Shown here: positions 28,614 through 41,194 of the stretch, piece after piece
Layout of the letters: each line of letters starts with the position of its first letter
Numbering within the stretch: the first letter of the stretch is position 1
From: an uncultured Thermoleophilia bacterium
Lineage (GTDB): Bacteria > Actinomycetota > Thermoleophilia > UBA2241
Reading direction: 5' to 3'
DNA: 64,000 bases
Assembly (NCBI GenBank): GCA_963702475.1
Contig: CAVPCT010000007.1
Span: 22,202-86,201 of the forward strand
Position numbers and translations under genes: made by a program
Notes under the pieces: generated by a model
Databases searched by the model: none
Told to the model about the DNA's origin: nothing
What the model saw: the letters and a program-made list of their open reading frames with translations, nothing else

Positions 28614-29957
28614 TCAGGCGGTCTGACGGGACGCCGGCTCGTCGCCGGAGGCAGCCCGGCCGGAGCCGCGGCGGGACTCCGCGGCGCTTCCGGCCAGCGC
28701 CTCCGCGACCAGTTCGACGGTGTGGCACACGCGCTGCCCCAGGCCTCTGCGGCGCAGGCTGCTCGTGAGCTGCATCCGGCAGCCGGGGCAGCTCGTGACG
28801 ACGACGTCGGCGCCGGTGGCGGCCACCTCCGCCGCCTTGCGGGCGCCGATCTTCTCGGAGAGGGCTGCGTGCGTGAGCAGGAACGATCCGGCCCCGCCGC
28901 AGCAGACCTCGGCAGAGGCGAGCTCGGCGAGCTCGTGGCCGGCCACGCGGGTGACGAGTTCGCGCGGCTGGGAGCGCACGCCCTGGCCGCGCGCCAGGTG
29001 GCACGGGTCGTGGTACGTGACGCGCAGGCCGGCCGGGGCGGAGGCCGCCGGCAGGTCCGCGCGCTCGGCGAGGTACTCGGTCGCGTCGGCCGCGCGCCCG
29101 GCGACGGCTTCGGCGCGCGGCCCCCACTCGGGGTCGCCGGCCAGCAGCCGCGGGATGAAGTGCTTGAGCGCGGAGCCGCACGTGGGGCAGGCGGTGAGCA
29201 CGGCTTCGCCGGGCATCTCCTCGAGCGTCTGCACCAGCGCCTGGGCCAGCTCGCGGGCGGTGTCGGTGTCGCCGTGCATGAGCATGGGCACCCCGCAGCA
29301 GTGGTTCTCGAGCGGGAGGGCGACGCCGATCCCGGCGCTGCCGAGCACGGCGACCAGGGCACGGCCGATCTCCGGGTACACGTACGTGATCATGCAGCCC
29401 GGGTAGAAGACGACGCGCCGGCCGGAGGCGAGCGCGTCGGCCGAGCCGTCCGCGGACGTCAGCGGGCGGTCCGGAAGCTTCGGCAGGACCGCGTTACCCA
29501 GCCCCGGCACGGGAACCCGCGGCACTCCGAGGCTGTCGTCCGGTCCCGGCGCCAGCACGAGGTCCTGCAGCCGCGCGGCCGCGGCGGCCCCCGCCTTGAG
29601 CACCTTGGGCCGCTTGACGGCCGCGAATGCCGCTGCTGCCGCCGGCGACACGCCGCGCCGGCGGACGACCTCCGCCCGGGCCGCCAGGATCACGTCGTCG
29701 ATGCGCACGCCCGACGGGCAGCCGGCCACGCACGCGGTGCAGGTGAGGCAGAGGTCCAGCTGGCGCAGGGCCTCGTCGTCGGGTTCGATCTCGCCGTTGA
29801 GCAGCGCCGCGGCGATCGCGACCTTTCCACGGGCCACGGAGCCCTCCCGGTGCGTCTCTTTGTACACCGGGCACACCGCCTGGCAGTTGCCGCAGCGCAT
29901 GCAGGTGGAGATGTGCTCGCGCAGCTCCTCGAGCTCGCTTCGCCCGGCCTCGCGCAT
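28614..29957 (-). CDS. glcF: Glycolate/D-lactate dehydrogenase Fe-S subunit (GlcF-like)
   Basis: CMRCGNCQAVCP, CLTCTACVAGCPSG, CCG domains, YHDPCHL. Confidence 0.85.
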   Translation of the reverse strand: MREAGRSELEELREHISTCMRCGNCQAVCPVYKETHREGSVARGKVAIAAALLNGEIEPDDEALRQLDLCLTCTACVAGCPSGVRIDDVILAARAEVVRRRGVSPAAAAAFAAVKRPKVLKAGAAAAARLQDLVLAPGPDDSLGVPRVPVPGLGNAVLPKLPDRPLTSADGSADALASGRRVVFYPGCMITYVYPEIGRALVAVLGSAGIGVALPLENHCCGVPMLMHGDTDTARELAQALVQTLEEMPGEAVLTACPTCGSALKHFIPRLLAGDPEWGPRAEAVAGRAADATEYLAERADLPAASAPAGLRVTYHDPCHLARGQGVRSQPRELVTRVAGHELAELASAEVCCGGAGSFLLTHAALSEKIGARKAAEVAATGADVVVTSCPGCRMQLTSSLRRRGLGQRVCHTVELVAEALAGSAAESRRGSGRAASGDEPASRQTA

Positions 29958-31375
29958 CAGGCCCTCGTCAGGGTGACGACCTTGCCGGGGTTGAGCAGGT
30001 CGTCCGGGTCGAGGGCTCGCTTGATGCGCTCGGATACCTCGACGCCCACGTCGCCGATCTCCCACGGCAGGTACCGCTGCTTCGAGGTGCCGATGCCGTG
30101 CTCGCCGCTGAGCGTTCCACCGAGCCGCAGCGTCGCCGCGAAGAGCTCGTCGATGGCGGCGTTGACGCGGGCCATCTCGACGGGGTCGCTCTTGTCGCAG
30201 AGGATGCTGGGGTGAAGGTTGCCGTCGCCGGCGTGGCCGACCACGCTGATGGCCAGGTCGTGCTTCTCGGCAAGCTCGGCGACCAGCTCGAGCATCGCCG
30301 TGATCTGGCTGCGCGGCACCGTGGCGTCTTCGACGATGATGGTGGGGCGCAGCCGCGCGACTGCGGGCAGGGCCGCGCGCCGCGCGGCCCACAGGGAGTC
30401 GCGCTCGGCGCCCATGGCGGCCTCTATGACTTCACCGCCGTGCGCGCGCAGCACCTCGAGCACCGTTGCGGCTTCGCGCTCGACGACCTCGGGAATGCCG
30501 TCCACCTCGATGAGCAGTGCAGCCTCGGCGTCCTCGCGCAGGCCCACGTGCGTGAAGTTCTCGACGGCGACGATGGTGGTGTGGTCCATGAACTCCAGCG
30601 TCGCGGGGATGACGCCAGCGCCGACGATGGCGACGGCGGCGTCGGCGGCGACCTTCTGGTCGTCGAAGTACACCAGCATGCTGCGCATGGCCTGAGGCCG
30701 CGGCCGCAGCTTCACGGTGATCTCGGTGATGATGCCGAGCGTGCCCTCGGAGCCGACCATGAGCTTGACCAGGTCGTAGCCGGTCACGTTCTTCACGGTC
30801 TTGCCCCCGGAGCGCAGCACGCGGCCGTCGGCGAGCACGACCTCGAGGCCCATGACGTAGTCCTTGGTGACGCCGTACTTGAGGCCGCGCAGGCCGCCCG
30901 AGCACTCGGCCACGCTGCCGCCCATGGTGGCCACGGCCACGGAGCCGGGGTCGGGCGGGTACATGAGGCCGAGCTTGCCGCATGCCTCGTCGAGGTCCTT
31001 GATGATGACGCCGGGCTGCACCGTGGCGGTGAGGTTCACGGCGTCGATCTCGACGATGGTGTCCATGTCGAGCATGCAGACGACGAGGCCGCCGTCGACC
31101 GGCGTGCTGCCGCCGCTCAGGTTGGTGCCGGCGCCGCGGGTGTAGACCGGCCGGCGGTACCTGGCGGCCGCCCGCACGACGTGCGAGACCTCGGCCGTCG
31201 TGCGCGGGAACACGACGGCGACGGGGATGCCGGGCACGGCGTCGGCGGCCGCGTCGAAGCCGTAGCAGACGAGCTCTTCCGGCTCCGTGACGACCTGTTC
31301 CGGCGCGAGCCCGCCGCGCAACTCGCGCAGCAGGTCGAGCACGGCCGGCGCCGGCTTGCGGCCGGCGGCGCTCAT
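29957..31375 (-). CDS. glcD: FAD-linked glycolate/D-lactate dehydrogenase subunit (GlcD-like)
   Basis: RGAGTNLSGG, YPPDPGS, GSEGTLG, EDATVP, GHAGDGNLH, SGEHGIG. Confidence 0.9.
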   Translation of the reverse strand: MSAAGRKPAPAVLDLLRELRGGLAPEQVVTEPEELVCYGFDAAADAVPGIPVAVVFPRTTAEVSHVVRAAARYRRPVYTRGAGTNLSGGSTPVDGGLVVCMLDMDTIVEIDAVNLTATVQPGVIIKDLDEACGKLGLMYPPDPGSVAVATMGGSVAECSGGLRGLKYGVTKDYVMGLEVVLADGRVLRSGGKTVKNVTGYDLVKLMVGSEGTLGIITEITVKLRPRPQAMRSMLVYFDDQKVAADAAVAIVGAGVIPATLEFMDHTTIVAVENFTHVGLREDAEAALLIEVDGIPEVVEREAATVLEVLRAHGGEVIEAAMGAERDSLWAARRAALPAVARLRPTIIVEDATVPRSQITAMLELVAELAEKHDLAISVVGHAGDGNLHPSILCDKSDPVEMARVNAAIDELFAATLRLGGTLSGEHGIGTSKQRYLPWEIGDVGVEVSERIKRALDPDDLLNPGKVVTLTRA

Positions 31376-32533
31376 CGGCGCACCCCCGACCGGCGCATCG
31401 CCGGCGTCGCGCGCGGCGAGCACTCGCGACTCCGCCCGGAGCGCCTCGAGGAACCGCTCGTTCTGCTCCGGACGTCCGACGGTCACGCGCAGGTGTTGCG
31501 TGAGGCCCCAGCCGGTGCACGGCCGCACGATCACGCCGCGGCGCAGCAGGCGGTCCCAGAGCTGCTCGGCGTCCTCACCCGCGTCGAACATGACGAAGTT
31601 GGCCTGGCTGGGCTCGACCGCGAACCCCCACCCCGTGAGCGTCTCGGTGAGCAGCCGCCTCCCCGCGATCGTCTGTGCCACGCAGTCCTCCAGCCACTCA
31701 GTGTCGGCCAGCGCCGCCGGCCCGGCGACGATGGAGAGCCGGTTCAGATTGAACGGCTCCTTGATGGTGTCCAGCAGCCAGCAGACGCGCTCCGGTACCA
31801 GCGCGTAGCCGAGTCGCATGCCGGCGAGGCCGTACGCCTTGGAGAACGTGCGCAGCACGATGACGTTGTCGCGGCCCTCCTTGAGCAGGTCGAGGCCGTC
31901 GGCGTAGTCCGGGTCGTCCACGAACTCGCAGTAGGCCTGGTCGAAGACGACGGTGACCCCCTCCGGCAGCGACGCCATGAAGGCGTCGACCTCGTCGCGG
32001 CGCACGATGCAGCCCGTGGGGTTGTTGGGGCTGCACAGCCAGACCAGCTTGGTCCGCGGGCCGACGGCGGCGCGGACCGCCTCGAGGTCGTAGTGGAAGT
32101 CGCGCAGAGGCACCACGTGCACGCGCCCCTCCATGAGCTTGGCCGCCTCGGCGTAGCGTCCGTAGGTGAGGTCGGCGACGATCACGTCGTCGCCGGATCC
32201 GCAGAACAGCTGCGGGATGAGCTGGATGATGACCTCGGTGCCGTGGCCGACCACGACGTTCTCGGGGCCCACGCCGTTGTGCTCGGCCAGCACGTGCTTG
32301 AGGTCGAAGAAACTCTGCTCGGGGTACTGCCACAGATTGTGCAGCTCGCCCTTGATGGCCTCGAGCGCCTTCGGCGACGGGCCCCAGGCGTTCTCGTTGG
32401 AGGCGAGCTTGACCAGGTCGGTGAGGCCGAGCTCGCGCCTGACCTGTTCGGTGGTGTAGCCGGCGATGTACTTCTCGAGGCTGTAGACGGCCTCGCGGTA
32501 GCAGCTCTCGCCGGGCAGGCGTTCGGTGCTCAT
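31372..32533 (-). CDS. Histidinol-phosphate aminotransferase family protein (in frame with glcD as sequenced)
   Basis: KLASNEN, SPNNPTG, DQAY, RTFSKAYGLAGMRLGY, SQANF. Confidence 0.88.
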
Positions 32534-32541
32534 CGCCGGCC

Positions 32542-33546
32542 TCAGGAGACGCGTGGCGCGGCCGGCCGCAGGTGCGGCCGGCCGAGCACGTCGGGGTTGA
32601 CCACGTAGTGCGGCGTCTCGCCGCGCAGGGTCCGCACCACCTCCAGGCAGGCCTTCTCGCGGACCTCCTCCTCGGAGACCCTCGACATGAACGCCGTGTG
32701 CGGCGTGAGGATGACGGTGTCGAGCGCGTAGAGCGGGTGGCCGGCGGGCAGCGGCTCGGGCCAGAGCACGTCGAGGGCGGCGCCGGCGATCTCGCCGGCC
32801 TGGAGGGCCGCGGCCAGGGCGTCGTCGTCGACGCAGGCGCCGCGGGCGGTGTTGATGAGGTAGGCCGAGGGCTTCATCGCCCTCAGCTCGGCCTCCCCGA
32901 CGATCCCTCTCGTCTCGTCCGAGAGCAGGCAGTGCAGCGACACGTAGTCGCCCTGCAGCACCTCGCCGAGGCCGGTCTTGCGTACGCCGAAGGCCTTCAT
33001 GGTGGCCTCGTCCACGTAGGGGTCCGAGGCCAGCACGGTGAGGCCGAAGGCCTGCGCTCGCAGGGCGACCGCCCTCCCGATGCGCCCCAGACCGATGATG
33101 CCCAGGGTCTGGTGGCTGATGCGGTCTGGCTTGCCGCAGGCCTCGTAGTCCCACCTGCCGTCGAGGATGCAGCCGTGGTGGCGCAGCAGGTTGCGGCCCA
33201 GGGCGAGCAGGAAGCCCATGGCGTGGTCGGCGACCTCCTGCGTGCAGTAGTCGGGCACGTTGGTGACGACGATGCCGCGCTCCGTGGCCGCGTCCATGTC
33301 CACGCTGTTGAAGCCCGTGGCCATGAAGGCGACGTGGCGCACACGGGGCAGCGCGTCGAGCACACGCGCGGTGAGCGGCGCGTAGGCGCAGATGAGAGCG
33401 TCCGCCCCGGCGCAGGACTCGATGAGGGCGTCTTCGCCCTCGAGCTCGTAGCGGACGAACTGGACGTCCAGCCCGCAGGTGTCGAACACGCCAAGCTCCA
33501 CGAGCATGTCCGAAGCGCCGCGTTCGGTCTGGATCACGGTGTACAT
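32542..33546 (-). CDS. D-isomer-specific 2-hydroxyacid dehydrogenase (CtBP/SerA-like)
   Basis: NVPDYC..EVADH, GLGRIG, INTARG, LDV..EP, TPH. Confidence 0.9.
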   Translation of the reverse strand: MYTVIQTERGASDMLVELGVFDTCGLDVQFVRYELEGEDALIESCAGADALICAYAPLTARVLDALPRVRHVAFMATGFNSVDMDAATERGIVVTNVPDYCTQEVADHAMGFLLALGRNLLRHHGCILDGRWDYEACGKPDRISHQTLGIIGLGRIGRAVALRAQAFGLTVLASDPYVDEATMKAFGVRKTGLGEVLQGDYVSLHCLLSDETRGIVGEAELRAMKPSAYLINTARGACVDDDALAAALQAGEIAGAALDVLWPEPLPAGHPLYALDTVILTPHTAFMSRVSEEEVREKACLEVVRTLRGETPHYVVNPDVLGRPHLRPAAPRVS

Positions 33547-33630
33547 CGACGTCCTCCGCCGGTCGGCTTGCAGTGCGCGGGAGGCCGGAGGTCGCTCACG
33601 CCACCGGCCGCAGGCCCCGGCGCGGGAAGC

Positions 33631-34158
33631 TCACGTGACGCCGTTCTGGCCTACGTTCTCGCCTTCCCAATTGTAGAAGAACTTCTCGGTGCGCATCACG
33701 TGCCAGGTCTCGGTGGCGCTGATGCCGTCGATCGCCTCCAGGTCCTCGTTGAGGAACTTGAACAGCCCCTCGGTGTCGGGCAGGAACGCCTCGATGAGGA
33801 TGTCGAAGCTGCCGGCCAGGTAGGCCACGTAGGCGACGTTCTCCATGGCGGCGAGCTTCTGGCCGACCTCCTTCACGCGTCCGCGCACGGCCTTGACGGC
33901 GATGAACGCGTCGATGGGAAAGCCGATGGGGGCGGGGTTCACGCGGGCCATGACCATGATGGCGCCCGCGTGGGTGAGCCGGTCGATGCGCTTGCGGACC
34001 GTGGGCTCGGAGACCCCCACCGTCCGGGCGATCTGGGCGTAGGTGAGCCGCCCGTCGTGGCGCAGCAGCTTCATGATGTGACGGTCGAGCTCGTCGAGCT
34101 CCAGGACGCCGTGCGGCATGGAGCCCTGACGGATCAGTGGCTGTGATTCAGAATCCAT
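33631..34158 (-). CDS. Lrp/AsnC family regulator
   Basis: LDELDRHIMKLLRHDGRLTYAQIARTVGVSEPTVRKR; GSFD. Confidence 0.92.
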   Translation of the reverse strand: MDSESQPLIRQGSMPHGVLELDELDRHIMKLLRHDGRLTYAQIARTVGVSEPTVRKRIDRLTHAGAIMVMARVNPAPIGFPIDAFIAVKAVRGRVKEVGQKLAAMENVAYVAYLAGSFDILIEAFLPDTEGLFKFLNEDLEAIDGISATETWHVMRTEKFFYNWEGENVGQNGVT

Positions 34159-34337
34159 AGCGGTTCCGCCTCTTTGTGGTCGGTACGTGCCCCATTAGGG
34201 ATGATGCAGTTCAGTCCCCATCTGGAATCGTAACATTCTGTTGTGAATCCGTCACGTAGTAGTTGCCAGAGAGCAGTGCGGCTGCTACTGTCGCGGGGCC
34301 GAGACACCTCACTCACTTCTCAGCAAGGAGCAGCTCC

Positions 34338-35066
34338 ATGCACAAGATCGTCCCTCTCTGGTCCGTCCCGCGCTCGATCTCCACCGGGTTCGAGCGCATG
34401 ATGTTCGAGCGCGGCGACTTCAAGGTCATCCACGAGCCGTACGGCTACTTCTTCTACCTCGAGGCTGCGCACAAGGAGCCCGTGGGCATGCAGCCCCAGG
34501 AGGGCCATCCCCGGACCTTCGAGGGCACGACCGAGATGATCGAGGCCGCCTCGGCCGACAAGCCCGTCTTCTTCAAGGACATGGCGTACTACGTCAGCGA
34601 CATCGCGGACGAGGAGTTCATGAAGAAGTTCACCAACACGTTCATCATCCGCGACCCCGCCCTCACGCTCGTCTCCTACCACAAGCTCGACCCCACCGTC
34701 ACGCTGCGCGAGATCGGCTTCGAGTCGCAGTTCAAGCTGTTCGAGCTTGCCAAGGAGATCACCGGCGAGGTCCCCGCCGTCGTGGACGCCGAGGACCTGC
34801 TCATCGACGCCGCCTCGGTGGTCAAGCAGTACTGCGAGAAGACCGGCATCCCGTACCTGCCCGAGTCGCTCACCTGGCAGCCCGAGTTCAAGCAGGAGTG
34901 GAAGGACTGGGAGATGTGGCACCTGGACGCCGGCGACAGCACCGGGTTCCAGCGTGACATGGAGGACTTCGGCTATACCGTGGACGACGTGCCGGAGCTC
35001 AAGGAGATGTACGAGCAGTGCATGCCGTACTACGAGAAGATGTACGAGGTGCGCCTGAAGCCGTAA
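34338..35066 (+). CDS. Sulfotransferase-like protein
   Basis: LWSVPRSISTGFER, HEP, FFKDM, FIIRDP...SY, STGF; RBS AAGGAG. Confidence 0.8.
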   Translation: MHKIVPLWSVPRSISTGFERMMFERGDFKVIHEPYGYFFYLEAAHKEPVGMQPQEGHPRTFEGTTEMIEAASADKPVFFKDMAYYVSDIADEEFMKKFTNTFIIRDPALTLVSYHKLDPTVTLREIGFESQFKLFELAKEITGEVPAVVDAEDLLIDAASVVKQYCEKTGIPYLPESLTWQPEFKQEWKDWEMWHLDAGDSTGFQRDMEDFGYTVDDVPELKEMYEQCMPYYEKMYEVRLKP

Positions 35067-35078
35067 GGCCCGCCGCGG

Positions 35079-35119
35079 CGGTGGGGCGGGCCGGCCGGAT
35101 GAGCAGGCCCGCCCCACCG
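35079..35119 (+). terminator. GC-rich stem-loop after the sulfotransferase gene
   Basis: CGGTGGGGCGGGCC / GGCCCGCCCCACCG, 14-bp inverted repeat, no U-tract. Confidence 0.5.
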
Positions 35120-35148
35120 TGCCCCTTCGTCAACCTCCGGGTTCACCC

Positions 35149-36389
<1,241 letters not shown>

Positions 36390-36568
36390 TGAGGTCGGCC
36401 GGCGCGGCTGCGACCGCGCGGGCAGGCGGACGGGCCCACGCCAAGGATGCTCGACCGGGCACGCACATCGTTGTCTTCTGGTCGGTCCTCGTTACGATGT
36501 GGACAGGCGAGGACGGAGGGGGGCGTGCAGCGAGGCTCACCAGTGCAGCCGGCCGGTCGGGGCGCCAC

Positions 36569-39500
36569 GTGAGTCCTGCCCGTCCTGCGAGTTACCTCGC
36601 CGCCGACGACTTCGCCTTCTGCCCGAAGTGCGGCAGCCCGCTGGACCGGCTCCGGCCGTCGGCGACTGCCGTCCTGCCCCACGGTCGGCCGAGCGGAAGA
36701 CGGTCACCACACTCTTCTGCGATTTGGTCGGCTTCACCGCCATGTGCGAGGCTGCTGACCCGGAAGACGTGGACGTCTGCCTGCGTGAGTACGGCACTCG
36801 CGCGCGCGAGCTCATCGAGCGCTACGGTGGCACGGCGGAGAAGTTCATCGGCGATGCTGTGGTCGGCGTGTTCGGCGTCCCGGTCGCTCACGAGGACGAT
36901 GCGGAGCGGGCCGTGCGGGCGGCTCTCCGCCTCGTGCGCGCCGCCGCCGAGATCGCGGCTCCGGACGGATCGCCGCTGCGTGCCGCGCGGGGGTGAACAC
37001 GGGTGATGTACTCGTCCGCGGCGGAGGTGCTGTGAAGACGCCGGACAAGGCCTGGTCACGGGCGACGCCGTCAACGTAGCGGCGCGTCTGCAGGCGGCGG
37101 CGCCGCCGGGCGGCGTGGTGGCAGGTGCGCTCACCTATGAGCTCACGCGCCGCGTCGTGCGTTACGAGGCGCTCGCGCCTGTCGCGGCCAAGGGCAAGTC
37201 GGAGCCCGTGGAGGCCTGGCTGGCCCTCACTCCGGTCTCCCGCACGGGTCTCGCCGGGGACGATGCCGTTCCAGCCGCGGCTCCTTTCGTCGGGCGCGAC
37301 GTGGAGCTCGCCGCCCTCGAGCACGAGTTCGACGAGGCCGTCCGTTCGGGGTCGACGCGGTCGGCGCTGATCGTCGGCGACGCGGGCATGGGCAAGTCGA
37401 GGCTCGTCGCCGAGCTATCCCGACGGGTCGATTCGCGTCCGACGCTCGTCGCCTGGCGCCAGGGTCGCTGCCTGCCCTACGGAGAGGGTGCGGCGTTCGG
37501 GGCGTTCGCGGAGGCCGTCAAGAGCCACGCAGGCATCCTGGACACCGACGATGCCGAGGCACGCCGGCAGAAGCTCGACGCCGTCGTTCCCGCCGTCGGC
37601 GACCGCGAGTGGTTGCTCGAGCGATTGGGCGCCCTCGTCGGCGTCCCGGCGCCCGGGTCGACGGTCGAGGAGAACGTCGCCGCGTGGACCCGCTTCGTGG
37701 CCGCCCTCGCGGCACTCCGTCCGCTCGTGCTGGTACTGGAGGACGTCCACTGCGCCGACGACGGCTTCCTCTCGTTCGTCGAGAGCCTCGCGGGGCCGTC
37801 CGGCGCTGGTGGCGCACGTCCTGCTGGTCCTGACCGCGCGGCCCGAGCTCCTGGAGCGCCGGCCGGGCTTCCCTGCACCCGCGGCGGCCGGGGACGGCAC
37901 GCGGCCTCCGTCCGTCCTCCGCGTCGAGCTGCCTCCGCTGGGGGAGGCCGCGGTGCGCCGCATCGTGGCGGCCGTCGGCGGCGGACGACGTCGGCGGTGA
38001 GCTCGCGGAGCGCGTGGTGCGGTCGGCGGCCGGCAACCCGCTGCACGCCGAGGAGGCCACGCGTCTCCTCGCCGCGGGCAGTCCGCGGGCGGCGCTGCCC
38101 GCGTCTGTGGCGGCCGTGTACTCGGCGCGGCCTGGACGCGCTCTCGCGGCGCACCGCGACGTGCTGACCGACGCGGCGGTGGTCGGGGGCGTCTTCTGGG
38201 AAGGGGCGCTCGCCGCCGTCGGGGGACGGTCGCTCCCGCAGACCTGCGAGGCGCTCGAGGCACTCGAGGTGGCTGCGCTGGTGCGCGCTGGGGGGCGCAT
38301 CGACCATTCCCGGGGAGCATGAGTTCGCGTTCGTGCACGCGATCGCCCGGGAGGTCGCGTACGGCAGGCTGACGCGCGCCGCCCGGGCTCACCGGCACGC
38401 CGCCGTGGCCGAGTGGCTGGAGACAGAAAGCGGAAGGCAGGGAAGGTGTCTTCGTGGACGAGCTCGCGCATCATCGGGCGCTCGCCTGCAGGCTGGCCGT
38501 GGCGGCCGGGGAGGCCCGGCTCGCCGACGTCGTGAGGGGCCGGCCGTCAGGAGTGTCCGTGAGGCCGGCCGGCGGGCCGCAGCTATCGACGCGGCTGAGG
38601 CCGAGCGCTGGTACGGCGTGGCGATGGAGCTGGTCGCACGAGGACGACTCCGCTGTACTCCACATTGCTCGCAGAAGGGGGCACGGGCACTGTTGGAGCG
38701 CGGGCGCGCCGACGAGGCGAGACGTACCCTGGTCGCTGCAGTCGCCGCCTTCAAGCGCGCCGGGCAGCCGCGGGCGGCTGCGGTGTGGGCCGGCCTCCTT
38801 GGCGGGATTCTCGTGGAACATGGACGACCCGGGCTGGCGCGCCGCCCAGGATGAGAGCGAGCGCCTCGTCGAGGACGAGGAACCGTGCGAGGAGAAGGCG
38901 CGCGTGCTCTCCGGTGCGGCCTTCAAGCAGCTCTCTATGGACAACGACCTGGTTGGGGCGCAGGCGACCATGGCGCAGCTCGTCGAGGTGCTCACGGCGC
39001 TCGGCCTCGAGGACCCGGAGACTGTGGACATCGAGGGATTGCAGGCCGACCTCGGCTGGCGTCTCGGCGACCCTGTGGCGCTCGCGACGCTGCGCCGGCG
39101 AGAGCTCGAGCGGCCGTCCAACAACGGCGGTATCGGGTATTGTCATGCCGTGGTCGCCTTCGAAGGGCCCCGCCGCCGCCGTCCGAGCCGCCGAGCATCA
39201 CGTCGCCTGGTTCGAGCGCACCTCCCAGACGTTCAGCGCCGAGTCGTTCAGGGAGATGCTCTCCTCGTTCACGTTGTGGGCGGGCGAGTGGGACGAGGCT
39301 ATGGCGGACGCAGAAGTGGCGGCCGCGCGTCTGCGGGGCACCGGCGTGATCGTGGAGTACATGGCCGCCCGGCTCGTCCGCCTGATGCGCGAGGTATGGT
39401 GCGGCGAGCGCCCCGCGGACGAGCTCGCAGCCGAGGTCGCCGCTCGCGCCGCGGCGTCGCCGCTCCCTGACGGACGCTTCGAGTGTTCGGTCGCGTGGGC

Positions 39501-39996
39501 CGCCGCAGCGCTGGCCGGAGGTCGCACAGAGGACGCGAGATCGGCCATCCGCGCCGCGGCCCGAGATGGCGGCTGCAATCCCGAGTACTGCTTCCTGCTC
39601 TTCCCGGAAGCGGTGCGCGTCGCGCTGCGGCTGGGAGAAGCTGCCGCGGCCCGCACGCTCGCCAAAGGGCCGGCCATGGACGTACCGGTGAGCGCGCACG
39701 TCAGGACTGCTACGGCCGCCCTGCTCGCGGAGGCGGACGGACGCCTCGCTGAGGCGGCGGCCGGCTTCGCCGCCGCCGCCGCCCGCTGGCGCGCGTTCGG
39801 CGTGCCGTACGAGGAGGGGCAAGCGCTGCTCGGGCAGGCCCGCTGCCTGGTCGCGCTGGGCAGGCCGGCTGAAGCGGCCGCACCGCTCGCCGGCGCCGCG
39901 ACGCTCTTCGCGAGGCTCGGCGCCGCGCCCGCGCTCGCTGAGACTGAGGGAATGCTTGCCCGGGCTCGAACAGAGAGCGCCGACTCTGCGTATTGA
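36569..39996 (+). pseudogene. Zn-ribbon + class III adenylate/guanylate cyclase + AAA ATPase + TPR-like protein, heavily frameshifted; start approximate
   Basis: FCPKCG; ERKTVTTLFCDLVGFT, KFIGDAV, GDAVNVAARLQ; FVGRDVEL, GDAGMGKSRL, LEDVH, GNP; C-terminal helical repeats. Confidence 0.75.
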
Positions 39997-40184
39997 TCCA
40001 CGGATCGGGGGCTGCCTCGCCGCGGGTAACGGGGGGTGGGGCCTTTCGGCCGGCCGGTCGAGTCGCCGTCCCGAGTACCACCCTCCTGACTCCCGGCATG
40101 TCGGCGAATGCTGTCGCGCCCCGCTCGTCGCTCGCCCGGGCTGTCCGTGGGACACCGAGGCAATCGCGACGCGGCCCCGCGCGA

Positions 40185-40490
40185 TCAGCCCAGAGACTCG
40201 CGCACGATCTCGGGGTACCGGGTGGCGATGCGAATGAGCGCCTGCGCGGCGCCGGAGGGCGAGCGGCGGCCCTGCTCCCACTCCTGCAGCGTGCGCCTCG
40301 AGATGTGCAGCGCAGCTGCGAACTCCGCCTGTGAGAGGCCGATGCTCTGCCGCGCCTGAGCGACCTCGTTGGGCTCGACCCTGGTCGTCCGAGCAGCTTG
40401 GCCGGCCTTCATCTCGCGGACGGACTGCAGCAGCTTGACGCCCAGGTCCTCGGCGCTGCTCGGCGCTCCGTTCGGCTCAGTAGTTGCCAT
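40185..40490 (-). CDS. HigA2-like HTH antitoxin
   Basis: GLSQAEFAAALHISRRTLQEWEQGRRSPSGAA. Confidence 0.88.
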   Translation of the reverse strand: MATTEPNGAPSSAEDLGVKLLQSVREMKAGQAARTTRVEPNEVAQARQSIGLSQAEFAAALHISRRTLQEWEQGRRSPSGAAQALIRIATRYPEIVRESLG

Positions 40491-40797
40491 CTTCGAGCTC
40501 CCTCCGGATCTGTCTCAGGATGTGGCTCGGTATGTCGTCCTTCACCGTCTTCGGATACACAAGGAGCATCCAGATCTCCCCGGCGTGAAGCCGGGCGAAG
40601 TAGATGATTCGTGTACCGCCTTGCTTGCCGGCGCCGGGTCGCGACCACCTGACCTTGCGGCAGCCACCGCTGCCTGGGATGACGTGCCCCGGCTCCGGCT
40701 CGCCGGCGATCCAGGCGAAGAACTCCAAACGCTCGTCGTCGGACCACATGCGGGATGCTTCTTCCGCGAACGTGGGTGTCTCTACGATGGTGAGCAT
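40477..40797 (-). CDS. HigB2/RelE-like toxin
   Basis: MLTIVETPTF...GHVIPGSGGCRKVRW..GKQGGTRIIYF...LLVYPK. Confidence 0.88.
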   Translation of the reverse strand: MLTIVETPTFAEEASRMWSDDERLEFFAWIAGEPEPGHVIPGSGGCRKVRWSRPGAGKQGGTRIIYFARLHAGEIWMLLVYPKTVKDDIPSHILRQIRRELEDGNY

Positions 40798-40802
40798 GTC
40801 CA

Positions 40803-40830
40803 AGTATACGTCAATGACGTAGTTGCGCAA
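40803..40830 (-). promoter_or_regulatory. TA operon promoter with palindromic operator, probably leaderless
   Basis: TTGCGC-16 nt-TATACT, 5 nt before ATG; perfect TACGTCA-A-TGACGTA at 40807-40821. Confidence 0.75.
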
Positions 40831-41194
40831 CGCTTGCGTCCTGGGTCTCCTGCGGCGACCGTCACCTCGGAGGCGGTTCCTCCGGAGCGGCACGCCTGCA
40901 GTATCGGCTGTGGACAGAATGGGCGGAAGGGTTCCAATGGCTTGCTGTCCAGGTCCCGCCGGCATCGCTTCGCCGCAGGAACTGCGGCACGCAGCTCGCC
41001 GGCCTCCTCGGGGGCGCAGCTTCTGCTGCCGTTCCGGCTCTCTGCCGCACGATATCCTGAGTCAGCCTCCGTGCTACGTCTTGTCGCCTGTCCGAACGTT
41101 GACCGGCAGGACAATGTGCGGGTAGAATCGCATCTACGCAGTAGAATCGCCGGTCCCCGACTCGGTGGGCCGGACGACGGACGGGAGGGTTCCC

